This document shows positions 1 through 12,200 of a stretch of 64,000 bases of DNA, in pieces. Source of the stretch: Macrostomum lignano. Its lineage: Eukaryota. How positions within the stretch are numbered: position 1 is the stretch's first letter; every line of letters starts with the position of its first letter. The DNA lies in assembly GCA_002269645.1 (NCBI GenBank), contig NIVC01000861.1:310001-374000 (forward strand), written 5' to 3'. Made by a program: the position numbers and the translations under genes. Under the pieces are notes generated by a model. That model worked only from the letters and a program-made list of their open reading frames with translations. It had not been told where the DNA came from and made no database searches.

Positions 1-112
1 AAGTCGCAAAAAGGATTAGGTAAGTCGCAAAAGGGTTAGGTAAGTCGCAAAAGGATTAGGTAAGTCGCAAAAAGGATTAGGTAAGTCGCAAAAAGAAGCA
101 ACTAAGTCGCAA
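1..112. repeat. Short tandem array of AAGTCGCAAAAAGGATTAGGT-type units, cut by the window edge
   Basis: Four to five near-identical TAAGTCGCA-containing units; the same motif recurs at about 1510-1543. Confidence 0.7.
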
Positions 113-255
113 TAAGAGGGAAGTAAGTCACAATCAGAGGCAATCAGGGGGTAGTAGGTGCAAGTGTGGCAGGAGAGCAAAAACAGAATAGAAGCCTTCA
201 ACCACAGACAAGATCTTTGAAATCAGAAGCCTGCGTCATTTCTTAAACTCTGGAG

Positions 256-330
256 CAGGGGTTGGCAAACTCCGGCCCGCGAAGCCCCTCTATCTGGCCC
301 TCGCCCCTCGGGTTCTTTGAAACTTCCTAA
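256..330 (+). mobile_element. Lone terminus of a hAT-type MITE family
   Basis: CAGGGGTTGGCAAACTCCGGCCCGCGAAG...CCCTCGGGTTCTTTGAAACTTC matches the reverse complement of the element end at about 25910-25973. It is followed by CT-rich and GA-rich filler; the partner end was not found. Confidence 0.65.
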
Positions 331-354
331 CTACGAGTAGCAAGGTTGGTGTCT

Positions 355-992
355 CTTCAACTCTCATCTCTCTCTTCTTCTCTACCTTGCCTCCCCTCTT
401 CTCTCTCTCCCCCCTTTTCCCTCTTCTCTCTCCTCTCTTCTCCCCCTTTCTCTCTACCCTTTCTCCTCAATGCCCTCTTCTCTCCTCTTATCTTCAGCAA
501 AAATATGTGCATATTTTCTTACTTCAAAGTAGAGGGAATAGAAGATTAGAGATAAGCAAACAGAGGAGAGGCGAGCGATGCGATGGGAGAAAAGATAGAA
601 GAGGAGAGAAAAGCTGAGGAAGGAAAAAGAGATGAGAGAGAAGAGGAGATGAGAGAAAAGAGGAAAGAAAAGATGATGAATAAGATCAGAAGAGAGGAAA
701 GAGGAAAGAGGAGAGAGTAGATGAGAGAAGAGAGGATAAAGAGGAGATGAGAGGAGAGTGAAGAGAGGAGAGACGAGAGAGCAGAAAAGAGAGGAGAGAT
801 AAGATGAGAGAGTAGAGTGGAGAGAGACGAGAGGGAAGATAAGATGAGAGAGTAGAGTGGAATGGAGAGAGACGAGAGGAGAGATAAGAATGTAGAGAGG
901 AGACAGAAGAGATAGGAGAGGAGAGGAAAGAGAGAAGGGATAAGGGATGAGAGAGAAAAGAAAAAGAGGATGAGAAGATTGAGGAATGGAGA
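355..992. repeat. CT-rich then GA-rich low-complexity tract
   Basis: Degenerate (CT)n and (GA)n/GAGAG runs; these produce the spurious Leu/Ser-rich ORFs. Confidence 0.85.
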
Positions 993-1582
993 GAATTTGC
1001 AAAGGCCTCAAATCTTAGTTTAACATGCATTACTCCCATTTTTGCCTTTTTCCTAACTGTTAACAAGTTTTTGTTTGAGCATGACTTCAAATTTAGAATC
1101 TATGCAAAAATAGTTCCGGGAATTAGAATTCAGTGGTTTAAAAATCTGTGGGTTTTCACAGCTTGTATCTCTACTGGATTCGTATTCTGCATCTGATGAG
1201 CCATCTGAATCAGGGCTCTCATCTTCCATGCCAAATCGTCTAGCAAATCGTTCTTGAGCTATAGGTCACACTGTATTCACTTCACTTACTTCTGGACATT
1301 CATGAATCATGACTTTTGTAGTATGCTCACTACACTGTACTGACAATTTACTAATTGCTTCATGCCGCCACTAGATGACACTGATTAGCTGTTATAAAAA
1401 CGCGGAATCTGCACGCAGCACTAATTAGCTGGCGAGGCATTTAGCTTTAAAAATATGGTCATAGTTACTCCTGCCGTTTACCTAAAGTTTTTGCTTGGCT
1501 CTTTTATAGGTAAGTCGCATTTTTTACCGAAAACTAAGTCGCACGGCCAGCGTAATTTCAGAAGTTGCGCATGTATGGCTGG

Positions 1583-1742
1583 GCACCCAAAGCCACTGGA
1601 CAACTTCCAGTTTGATCTGGCTCTTTATCATATGCTGGAAGGAATGGTCATTCATGACATTCAAGTGGACAAGACTGGTAAGAGACACTTTGTCATGTAC
1701 ACAAATGAACAGGCTGCACTACTTTCTTCCCACAGAATCTAG
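1583..1742 (+). pseudogene. Possible Mutator-like (MULE) transposase fragment
   Basis: HPKPLDNFQFDLALYHMLEGMVIHDIQVDKTGKRHFVMYTNEQAALLS resembles the segment (D-V-x-V...RHLxFATxEQLxLL) that precedes the first catalytic Asp of invertebrate MULE transposases. It stops before that Asp. Similarity is recalled, not searched. Confidence 0.4.
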
Positions 1743-2337
1743 TTTATTATTTACATTTTACTTATTTAATACTACATGTATTATATATTTGTACTATACT
1801 AGATACATAAAAAAAATCTTTGTGCTCGTAACTCTGCCATTGTCTGGTCCCAAGTCCAGAATGAGAAAGGAGGAGAAGACAGTCTCACTTCAGCCTCATT
1901 TTTACATATACTTGTACATGTATATAGAAGTATCTGTTAATTAAGTCTACAGACTACATGCTTATTATTAGTAGATGACAAACTGACCAAACTTTAAAGC
2001 AGGCCAATTGGCTGGATGACAAAGTGTCCTACCTTCAAAGTGCCAAGTGGATGACAAAGTTGTAAGATGACAAAGTTGTAAGATGATGAAGTGTCTAGAA
2101 TTCATTTGTAAGGACAGGAGAAAGAGCCCTGTCACACATTAGAGGTCAAATTAAAGGCTCATTTTAAATTTCTATACTATTATATTATACAAAAATTAAT
2201 TATTTGGCTTGATTTTAAGTTGAAATAACTTATTGAGAACATAAAAGGTTAAGATACAAATATATAATATGGATATTATAACTATAAGAGTAAGATAAAT
2301 ATCAAAGAAGTTAATTTAATACATACAATGCTACCTA

Positions 2338-2519
2338 CAGTGATGGATCCAGAGGGGGGAGCGGGGGGGGGGGCAGCCGTCCCCCTCTTTTTCCATGGCT
2401 GAACTTGCATTTAAGGGGGGAGTATTGCAATTTTTGGCTTATTTGGGGCTTATTTCGGGCTAACCCAAAAAGTTAAGCCAATCTGCCCCCCTACTTTCGA
2501 AATCCTGGATCCGCCACTG
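2338..2519. mobile_element. 182-bp MITE with 15-bp TIRs and 8-bp TSD
   Basis: Left end CAGTGATGGATCCAG, right end CTGGATCCGCCACTG (13/15 inverted match). Perfect TSD GCTACCTA at 2330-2337 and 2520-2527. Confidence 0.85.
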
Positions 2520-3136
2520 GCTACCTATACCATAGCTAAACTCTACATTCAAAGTTGAATTAAAATCCATGGTGCTATCGACATAGTTGTCTGATGCTCA
2601 TATTGTCCAATGCCTAGCTAAGTAGCATCAAGTAGAAACTCTAGCTAGAGGCTAGACCTAGATTACTAATACTAGATAAAAATAGTAAGCTGCAAGAAAA
2701 ACAGAATAAAGGATAAAGCAAGTTATTAAAGTTAGCAGCCATTTTATGGTAAAAATATACATATACAGTATTATTAAGCAGACTGCTCAGAGTTCTATTG
2801 AGATTTGTATTTTGTAATTCTTAAAGTGGAGGCACCGACAGAACAGCTTGATATTCAAATGCCCCGCTTCGCAGAAAAAATTCCACGAAATTGAAGGTTT
2901 TGAAAATAAGTACTTATAATTACTTTAACAAAGGTTTATACTTTCAACATAAGAGATACAATATTTCTGTACTGTGTGTTTAGCAGAGTTGTAATATAAG
3001 AAAAAAACTTTTTTCCTAATGTTTTTACAAATGTTTATTTTTTGTATCCCTTAGCATAGAAACTGGGTGATTTTAAAAGATATATTAATTTCTCACTTTT
3101 TACCATTTGATTAACTATCACAACTTACAATTCAAT

Positions 3137-6100
3137 ATGGCGGCATCAAAAGCAAATTTGAGGTAATTTTTACATCATTTAACAAATCCTTCTATCTCAT
3201 ATTTTCGTTTGTTATTTAATTAGTAAAACCATGCCACGCAGTGGATGTTAATATTTTCGAATCCATACGAGTATCTTTGTGAAAGCAATAAGTTTAGTAA
3301 AAAGACGAATATCTATCCCTGTTAAGCATTAAACCGAAAAAAGATCTCTGCTTTTTCGCAAGCTGAACTATTTATTTTTCGTCACTCAGGAGCCTTGCAG
3401 CCTCTAAGTGAAAATAGTTGATTTGATATTTTTTAGTTGATATTTTCTGAGAACAAACAGAAATTCAACATGCCATAATACATATACAGAAGTATAATTC
3501 TTGTTTACATGCACAATGATTAGTTTTTTATCTCTTTCATCTACTTATTGAGGTACCAATTAAATTGAATCACAATTAATTTTTTTTGGATCGGGATTCT
3601 GGACACACGAAATATATTTGATATTTAAAAGATACTACTATCATTTTTATTTAATTAAAATTCGGACCAATATAGTTAGAATATTTCATTTAAATAATTA
3701 ACCTAAAGAATTAATTTTTATTTTATTAACAATTTTGTAAATTCAAAACTTCCTAATCAAGCTGGTGCCAAGGCTACGACGGTGGAAAGGTTTGGTTTGT
3801 GGCCGACAACGTCGTGTGCCACGCCTGCGGCAACAATGTGAAATTCCACACCGAGGGCGCCGCCGCTGCCGTCGATTTCCGGCACGAGCTGCGGAATCTC
3901 GGCCAGCTGGCCACCCAGCAGCAGAATCGATTGTTCGCCATCGCCGAGAGCGGCGTGCTGAAGCCGCGCATTCAGGTGTACTCCTACCCGGATATGAAGT
4001 GCGTTGGCCCGCCACTGGAAGGTCAGAAATTTTTCTAATTATGCTGCTGTCCTCTAAAATCCTTAATGCTTCACAATCCCCAAAATCTTTACAATCCGCA
4101 AAAGCTTCGCGAAATCCCCAAAAGCTTCACAAAATCTAAAAAATCTTCACAAAACTACCCAAAGCTTCGCAAAATTAAAAAGTCTTTACAAATCCCCAAA
4201 AACTTCACAAAATCCCCCAAAAGCTTCACAAAATCCCAAAAAGCTTAACGACCCCAATTAAACATTTCACCTGTGCAGGCTCGGCTGAGCTGGAAATCAC
4301 AGCCCTGGCCTTCAGCTCCAGCGAGTATCTGTACGCTGCCACTGGTCTGCCCGACTTCAGCCTGTGCCTGTGGGACTACGGCAAAGGCCGCCTGCTGGCT
4401 CGTGTTGCCATGCCGCAGGTCACACCGGTGCAGCTGCTGGTCAGCCCCATGAACTGGAGGCTGGCGGCGATGCTGCACGGCTCCAAGGTCACCGTGTTTG
4501 AGGTTGAGCGCTGCCAGGAGCTGTTCCAGATTAATTCTGTCACGCATCGCCTGCCACCCGCTGATGCTGAGGTGAGACAATACCCCTTGCTATAATCCCC
4601 CGATACTACCTCGTAAAATACCCTGATAATACCAGTAAAGAATACCAAGCACTAAAACGCACACAGAAAAAAAATACCCCCAAACCCTAAAATACTCCCT
4701 AAGATGCTAAACTTCCCACAGCAACTAAAAACTTACTGCTGATACCAAAAGAATCCCAGACACTGTAAAGACCACAAGGCACTAAAACACCCCAGGACAC
4801 TAAATACACTAAAATACACCAGGACATTAAATACACTAAAATACCACCAAGACACTAAAATAACCCCAAGACACTAAAATACCCCCAAGACACTAAAATA
4901 CCTCAAGACACTAAAATACCCCCAAGACACTAAAATACCCCCAAGACACTAAAATACCCCAAGACACTAAAATACCCCAAGACACTAAAATACCCCCAAG
5001 ACACTAAAATACCCCCAAGACACTAAAATACCCCAAGACACTAAAATACCCCCAAGACACTAAAATACCCCAAGACACTAAAATACCCCCAAGACACTAA
5101 AATACCCCAAGACACTAAAATACCTCAAGACACTAAAATACCCCCAAGACACTAAAATACCCCCAAGACACTAAAATACCCCCAAGACACTAAAATACCC
5201 CAAGACACTAAAATACCCCCAAGACACTAAAATACCTCAAGACACTAAAATACCCCCAAGACACTAAAATACCCCCAAGACACTAAAATACCCCCAAGAC
5301 ACTAAAATACCCCAAGACACTAAAATACCTCAAGACACTAAAATACCCCCAAGACACTAAAATACCCCCAAGACACTAAAATACCATAAGACACTAAAAT
5401 ACCCCCAAGACACTAAAATACCCCAAGACACTAAAATACCCCCAAGACACTAAAATACCCCAAGACACTAAAATACCCCCAAGACACTAAAATACCCCAA
5501 GACACTAAAATACCTCAAGACACTAAAATACCTTAAGACACTAAAATACCCCAAGACACTAAAATACCTCAAGACACTAAAATACCCCCAAGACACTAAA
5601 ATACCCCCAAGACACTAAAATACCTCAAGACACTAAAATACCCCCAAGACACTAAAATACCCCCAAGACACTAAAATACCCCAAGACACTAAAATACCTC
5701 AAGACACTAAAATACCTTAAGACACTAAAATACCCTAAAATGCCCCGCAGGTCGGCACCGTTCAGGAATGCGACCCAGCCGGCGCCAAATCCCGCGTTCC
5801 GACGCGCTCCTCAACCGCTGGCCGTCAGCGCGGCCTCGTCGACCTGCCCGAATCCGCCGTGGCCGGCCTCGACCCCGAGTACGCGGCCGAATTCGAGGAA
5901 TACCGCGACTTGGCCACCTGTCCGGAGCGAATGAGCGGTCGCAGCCTCGCCTGGTCTGAGCTGGACCGCGACTTCTACGTTGGCTGCGCCGAGGGCTGCC
6001 TGGTGCGCTACGACGATGACCGGCGGGCCATCCGGGTGCTGCACCGGCCGGCTGCGGGCGCGTCCGCGTGGACAAGGCAACCGGACATGATCGCTGAGGA

Positions 6101-6147
6101 GGCTGAAGATAGCGAAGATCTGGTGGGTTTTAAACACAGACAGACAA

Positions 6148-6181
<34 letters not shown>

Positions 6182-6195
6182 GGACAGACAGACAA

Positions 6196-6235
<40 letters not shown>

Positions 6236-6262
6236 ACGGACAGACAGACAGACAGACAGATG

Positions 6263-6293
<31 letters not shown>

Positions 6294-9200
6294 GGACAGA
6301 CAGACAGACAGACAGATGGACAGACAGACAGACAGACAGACACAACAACTCCCGCCATTCTGCAGGTGGCAGCCGAGCCCGCGGCCCCGGCGGCGGCGCC
6401 AGCGGATCCGGTGTCCTTCGACCAGCTGTCCCTGTCCACCCGCGGCCTGTACGCCGCCGGCGACTCCCTGCACCTGGTCACTTTCGCGCCAGGCGGCGGC
6501 GACTTCTACGTTCGCGGTGTTGAGCAGCTGGAGAGCGCTGGCAGCGGCCCGGTGTGCAGCCTGAGCGCCAACATCCGACACGCTAAGCTGGCCATCGGCA
6601 GCAGCGAAGGCGGCATCTGCCTGTTGAATGTCGACGATAGCGCGAGCTCCTCCTCGGCCGCCACGCAGCCGCTGTACCGCTGCCGCTCTGGCGGCTTTGT
6701 CGGAGCTGCCAGCCTGCCTGGCGGGTCCGGCGGCCTCGTTGCGGTGAGCTTTGAGCTGGTTGACCTTAGTTAATCCTGGGATTATCGTGTACTCAGATGG
6801 TTAATCCTGGGATTATCGTGTGCTCAGATGGTTCATCCTGGAATTATCGTGTGCTCAGATAGTTAATCCTGGAATTATCGTGTGCTCAGGTGGATTAGGT
6901 TAATCCTGGGATTATCGTGTGCTCAGGTAGTTAATCCTGGGACTATCGTGTGCTCAGATGATTCATCCTGGGATTATCGTGTGCTCAGATAGTTAATCCT
7001 GGGATTATCGTGTGCTCAGAAGGTTAATCATGAGATTTTTTGAGCTCAAATATTTTTGTGCCGCTGGGTTAACCTGAGATTATTAGTATGAAATAAAGCA
7101 ATATCGCATGATTAACATTCATTTAAAAATTTCACTTTCAGTCCGTCCGAGATAATGGTCTCGTCCAGGTGTGGGACTCGAACTCAGGAGGAGCCTTGCT
7201 GTCTTCGCTGGAGTTGGATGTTGAGGTAAGTCAGTCAGTCAGTCAGTCAGTCAGTCAGTCAGTCAGTCAGTCAGTCAGTCAGTCAGTCAGTCAGTCAGTC
7301 AGTCAGTCAGTCAGTCAGTCAGTCAGTCAGTCAGTCAGTCAGTCAGTCAGTCAGTCAGTCAGTCAGTCAGTCAGTCAGTCAGTCAGTCAGTCAGTCAGTC
7401 AGTCAGTCAGTCAGTCAGTCAGTCAGTCAGTCAGTCAGTCAGTCAGTCAGTCAGTCAGTCAGTCAGTCAGTCAGTCAGTCAGTCAGTCAGTCAGTCAGTC
7501 AGTCAGTCAGTCAGTCAGTCAGTCAGTCAGTCAGTCAGTCAGTCAGTCAGTCAGTCAGTCAGTCAGTCAGTCAGTCAGTCAGTCAGTCAGTCAGTCAGTC
7601 AGTCAGTCAGTCAGTCAGTCAGTCAGTCAGTCAGTCAGTCAGTCAGTCAGTCAGTCAGTCAGTCAGTCAGTCAGTCAGTCAGTCAGTCAGTCAGTCAGTC
7701 AGTCAGTCAGTCAGTCAGTCAGTCAGTCAGTCAGTCAGTCAGTCAGTCAGTCAGTCAGTCAGTCAGTCAGTCAGTCAGTCAGTCCCAATCCTATTAAATC
7801 GCAGGCTGCCTCATTCGCTGGCAATCCTACCGCCAACGTCGTGTTGGTGGGCGGCCGCGATGGCTCAGTGAGTGCTGTGGACCTCGGCAAGCCGCGGGAG
7901 CCGCGTCTCCTCTGCCGCCGCCAGCTGCACCAGGGCTGCCCGGTGGCCAAGGTTGTTGTGGATCCAACCGGGCGCCTCTTCGTCACCGCGGCAGCCGACG
8001 GTCGAGCTTTTGTCGGCTGGGCTCGTCCGTCGAAGTCGTTCGACATTCTCGGCGGGGTTTCGGTGCCCGGCCAGGTGCAGGACATGTCGGTCTGCGGTGT
8101 CGGTGGTGAAGACGGTGCAATCCAGGTGCTGGCGCTGGCCAAGCTGCCCGGACAGAACGATCCGGGTCACGTGACATTCTTCGAGATCAGCGACGAGTTG
8201 ATGAAGAGTGAGTGTTGGGCTCTGGCAAAGGGGACGGGCATTGGGAGGAGGGTAGTGGGAGGATGGTATTGGGAAGAGGGTATAGAGAGGAGGATATTGG
8301 GAAGTTGGTATTGGGAGGAGGGTATAGAGAGGAGGGTATTGAGAGGAGGGTACTGAGAGGAAGGTAAAGAGAGTAGGGTAAAGAGAGGAGGGTATTAAAA
8401 GGCGGTTATTGAGAGGAGGGTATTGGGAGGAGGGTATAGAGAGGAGGGTATTGAGAGGAGGGTATTGAGAGGAGGGTACTGAGAGGAGGGTATTGAGAGG
8501 AGGGTATTAAAAGGCGGTTATTGAGAGGAGGGTATTGGGAGGAGAGTATTGAGAGGAGGGTATTGAGAGGAAGGTAAAGAGAGGAGGGTAAAGAGAGGAG
8601 GGTATTAAAAGGCGGTTATTGAGAGGAGGGTATTGGGAGGAGGGTATTGAGAGGAGGGTATTGAGAGGAGGGTATTGAGAGGAGGGTATTGAGAGGAGAG
8701 TATTGAGAGGAAGGTAAAGAGAGGAGGGTAAAGAGAGGAGGGTATTAAAAGGCGGTTATTGAGAGGAGGGTATTGGGAGGAGGGTATTGAGAGGAGGGTA
8801 TTGAGAGGAGGGTATTGAGAGGAGGGTATTGAGAGGAGAGTATTGAGAGGAAGGTAAAGAGATGAGGGTAAAGGGAGGAAGGTATAGAGAAGGGGTTATA
8901 GATGGGGTAGATTATAATTCCTATATAGGAGTGTGGGCAGAGACACGAGCTACTTACAGGTCAGAAATCGCAGCTCATGTTCTCCCAAATCTATCTCCCA
9001 GATCCCGCTCGGTTCTATGGCCCCAATCGCGGCCTGTTCGAAGACGGCGCCGTGAAGCGCCAGGCCTACAGGCTGGACGCCAGTGGCTACGGCTGCACCC
9101 TGTTCGGCGGCGAGCGGCCCCGGTTCTACACCATCGGCAAGAGCACTCGCCAGCTGCTGCTGTACCCGCTGCCAACTAATCAGGTTTGTACTAACTATTA

Positions 9201-12200
9201 GCTTTAGCTAATTGATATAGACTTTCCGCCATAGAATACCTCAGGCTCTTTGCCATAAACTCTCTACTACAGGCTCTCAGCCATAGACTCTCTACCATAG
9301 ACACTACACCATAGACTCTCTACCAAAAACTCTCTACCATAGAAACTATACCACAGGCTCTCTGCCATACACTATGGATTCCAATTCATACCATGACGCT
9401 TATATTTTGTCAGTGTCCCACGAAACCAGCTAGAGGCATCTCCCTCTTAAATTCTGTTCGAATTTCAGCAGCAAAAGACCCAAGCCTCTCTAGCGGGTAT
9501 GGCGGATTTGGCCGCCAGAGATGCCAAGGTACAATGCGTACTTTAATTCCCTTTCCTTTAAGTTCTTCTATTGTCCGTTTTTTATGCGTGCGTCACACAG
9601 TTTTAACCTTAGTTTTTAAAGGCACATTTGATGTTTTTTATTTTACCCCTCCCAATTTTGTAGGAAAACTTTCTTGAAGAATTAAAGAAGGTATTTTTGT
9701 TGCCAAATTTTATTTCCTTAGTAACTTTTCTTAGAGTTTGAAGTTGATTTTTTGTTATAATTGCATTTCTCTGTCGAATTCACGAAGACAAAGTTATTGA
9801 ATTAAATTTTAAGTTGTTTAAGTTGTTTATTTTCAAATCGGTGCCAATTTTTCAAACCAGGCCGATATTTCCGAGGAAGAAAAACGACAGGTATACCATT
9901 CGATTATTTTCACTTGCACAAGACAGTTTTGAAAATCATATTTAGTAAAAGAAGTATTGGCTCTAATTCGATTTTTTATATTTTTAACTGGATTTATTTT
10001 ATTTAGCATCGTCCTTTTAATAATTTAAAACTTCTTTTTAGCTTCGAATCAAACAAGCAACTCTGCAACGCACGGAGGTAATTAGTAGCTAGTTCTTTTG
10101 TTTATTTTTTCTTCAACGGGCTAAAATGCTGGAAATACTACTGGAAGCATATCACAGGCGTTTTTGCTTGAAAATAAAAAAATTATCGAGTAATAAAAAT
10201 TAACGTCAACTTCACTGTAACTTTCAACAATTGTAAGACTCAGCGCAGACTATCAGTGGACATTGGTAGCAGTTTGGCGCAACAGTCGGTAAGTTACTGC
10301 CTAGAATTGAATGCCAGTTCAAGCAGAACTAGATTAAAGAAAATCACGGAAAATATTAACAAACTACGAGCACTTACATGTAGTTAGATTTGTTTTAATC
10401 ATTCGAACACTTCAGACGGATCTTTACTTGCAAAAAATTATTCGATCAAAAATGTGACAATAATATTATTTCAGTTCATGGAACTTTACAAGAAGGTAAA
10501 ATATTTATAAAAACCGTTTAAATTTGTTTTTGTTGATTATTTTTTTAATCAGTGCATGTTTAAATTTGCAAAACTTATTCAGTAAAGTATACGTATACTA
10601 TACGTATTGAGGCATGCCAACAATTTATTATTCAAAGTAGTTTAGTGTACAGAATTTAATTCCCACGCTAACTAAAATATCTGGACGATTTCTCATTTTT
10701 ATTCGTTTAGGCTAAACGAAGAATGTCAATGTTTGTTCAGAATATGCCCCAAGTCGCCCAGGTAACTATAATATTACGTATTGAACTGCACGTTTTTGTT
10801 TGAATTAAGTGCCAAATCAATATTAGTTAAATGAATTTGCTGGGATTTAGTGTTCAAAACTCCAATTCTGTTGTTCTGAATTTATATTTCGTGTGTGTAG
10901 TCAAGCATAATTAAACGAAAGAAAAAATGCTTGAATCAGGTCACAAAAAAGTGTCATCACAAAGACACCATTTTTTTGTTAAAATAGTTGAGAATAACGG
11001 CGCGGAGTTAAATCTAAATGTTATAATAACGATCACAAATTGGAACTCTAAAGTACATGTACTATGTACTTTTTTGCTACATGTGTACATGTATGTACGT
11101 TTGTCACTAAAGCTTGAAAAGTACAGCAAACTACGTCAGGTAATTTATACAATTAACCTAATTCTACAATTGAAATTACTTATAAACCACCGCACCGCAT
11201 CAACGCATCAATTAATTCTGCCACCGCGAAGATTCATCGCAAACACGAGGAAGAATCGGTAAATAAATCTAACCAGCATGCACTTTATACGCTACTTAAA
11301 GTGGCACAGAGGAAATATCGCTGAAAAACCTATTCTGTCGTTAAAAATCATGTTTAGATAGTGGATCAACCAATAGCTGAGCAGGCTCAAGAAGGGTTCG
11401 AAAATGTTGATGAGGTTTGTTTTAATCGAACTCGAACAGCAATTATTTAGCTCTGTATACTCACGTATGTCACTCGTTTGTTTAAAACGTTTTTGAATGA
11501 AAATCACAGGCATTTTTTCCATCTCCGCAACTGCTTTATTTTGTTGTCACCATTTTTTTCGATTGCGTCGTATGTTTAAAAGGTTATAAAAAGGTAAAAT
11601 TTAATACAAAAAATGAAAACTCGATCCACACAGAAGCGACAGCAACCTCAGCAGCACTTTGAGTCTCAGAGATCTGTGACACCCGAATCTGAGGTCGCTT
11701 TCACTAGCAGAGGCCCGAAGTCCTCCGTTGACTTGACTGCCTCTCTGCCGCAACGACAGCAGCTGCAGGGGCGTCAGGGCACGGCCCTGTGGAGGCTCAG
11801 CATGGCCAGTGTCAGCAGGCACTTGGCTCAGCAGAGAGCTATTGAGGAGGCAGTGAACCAGCGCCCAGATGAGGTGTCCCCAGCAGCCCTTACAAAATTC
11901 TGTTTTTTTAGGCGATCCAATTTATTTACAAGCTAATTAAAGCAAAGTTAAGCTTTTATGAGCCTTGATTGCAAAACTTCAAATTTGTGGGATGGAACAA
12001 TTGTATTTAAGCAACCAATTTACAACAAATCAACGTTTTCCATAAATTTATTTACTGCAATGGACCTGCGGGCTGTTGAAATTTTGCTTATTATTTTTTT
12101 ACAATCTCTTTTTCACGTGTTGCTTTTTATTTATTTAAACAAATGCATACGCAATATCACGCAAATTTTAGAAGCAACAGATTTTGATTTATCGTTTTTT

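Noticed and set aside
1130-1310. Minus-strand exon-like acidic stretch (QERFARRFGMEDESPDSDGSSDAEYES)
   Set aside because: The implied intron is only about 31 nt and there is no recognisable domain or continuing gene structure; not supportable without expression data.
4790-5737. CRISPR-like regular array (also considered for the other arrays)
   Set aside because: The units are head-to-tail with no unique spacers, there are no cas genes, and the context is a eukaryotic intron.
11377-11414. Alternative parse [12 protein letters not shown] of one micro-exon
   Set aside because: At 38 nt it would frameshift; the upstream acceptor giving 11358-11414 (57 nt) is in frame.
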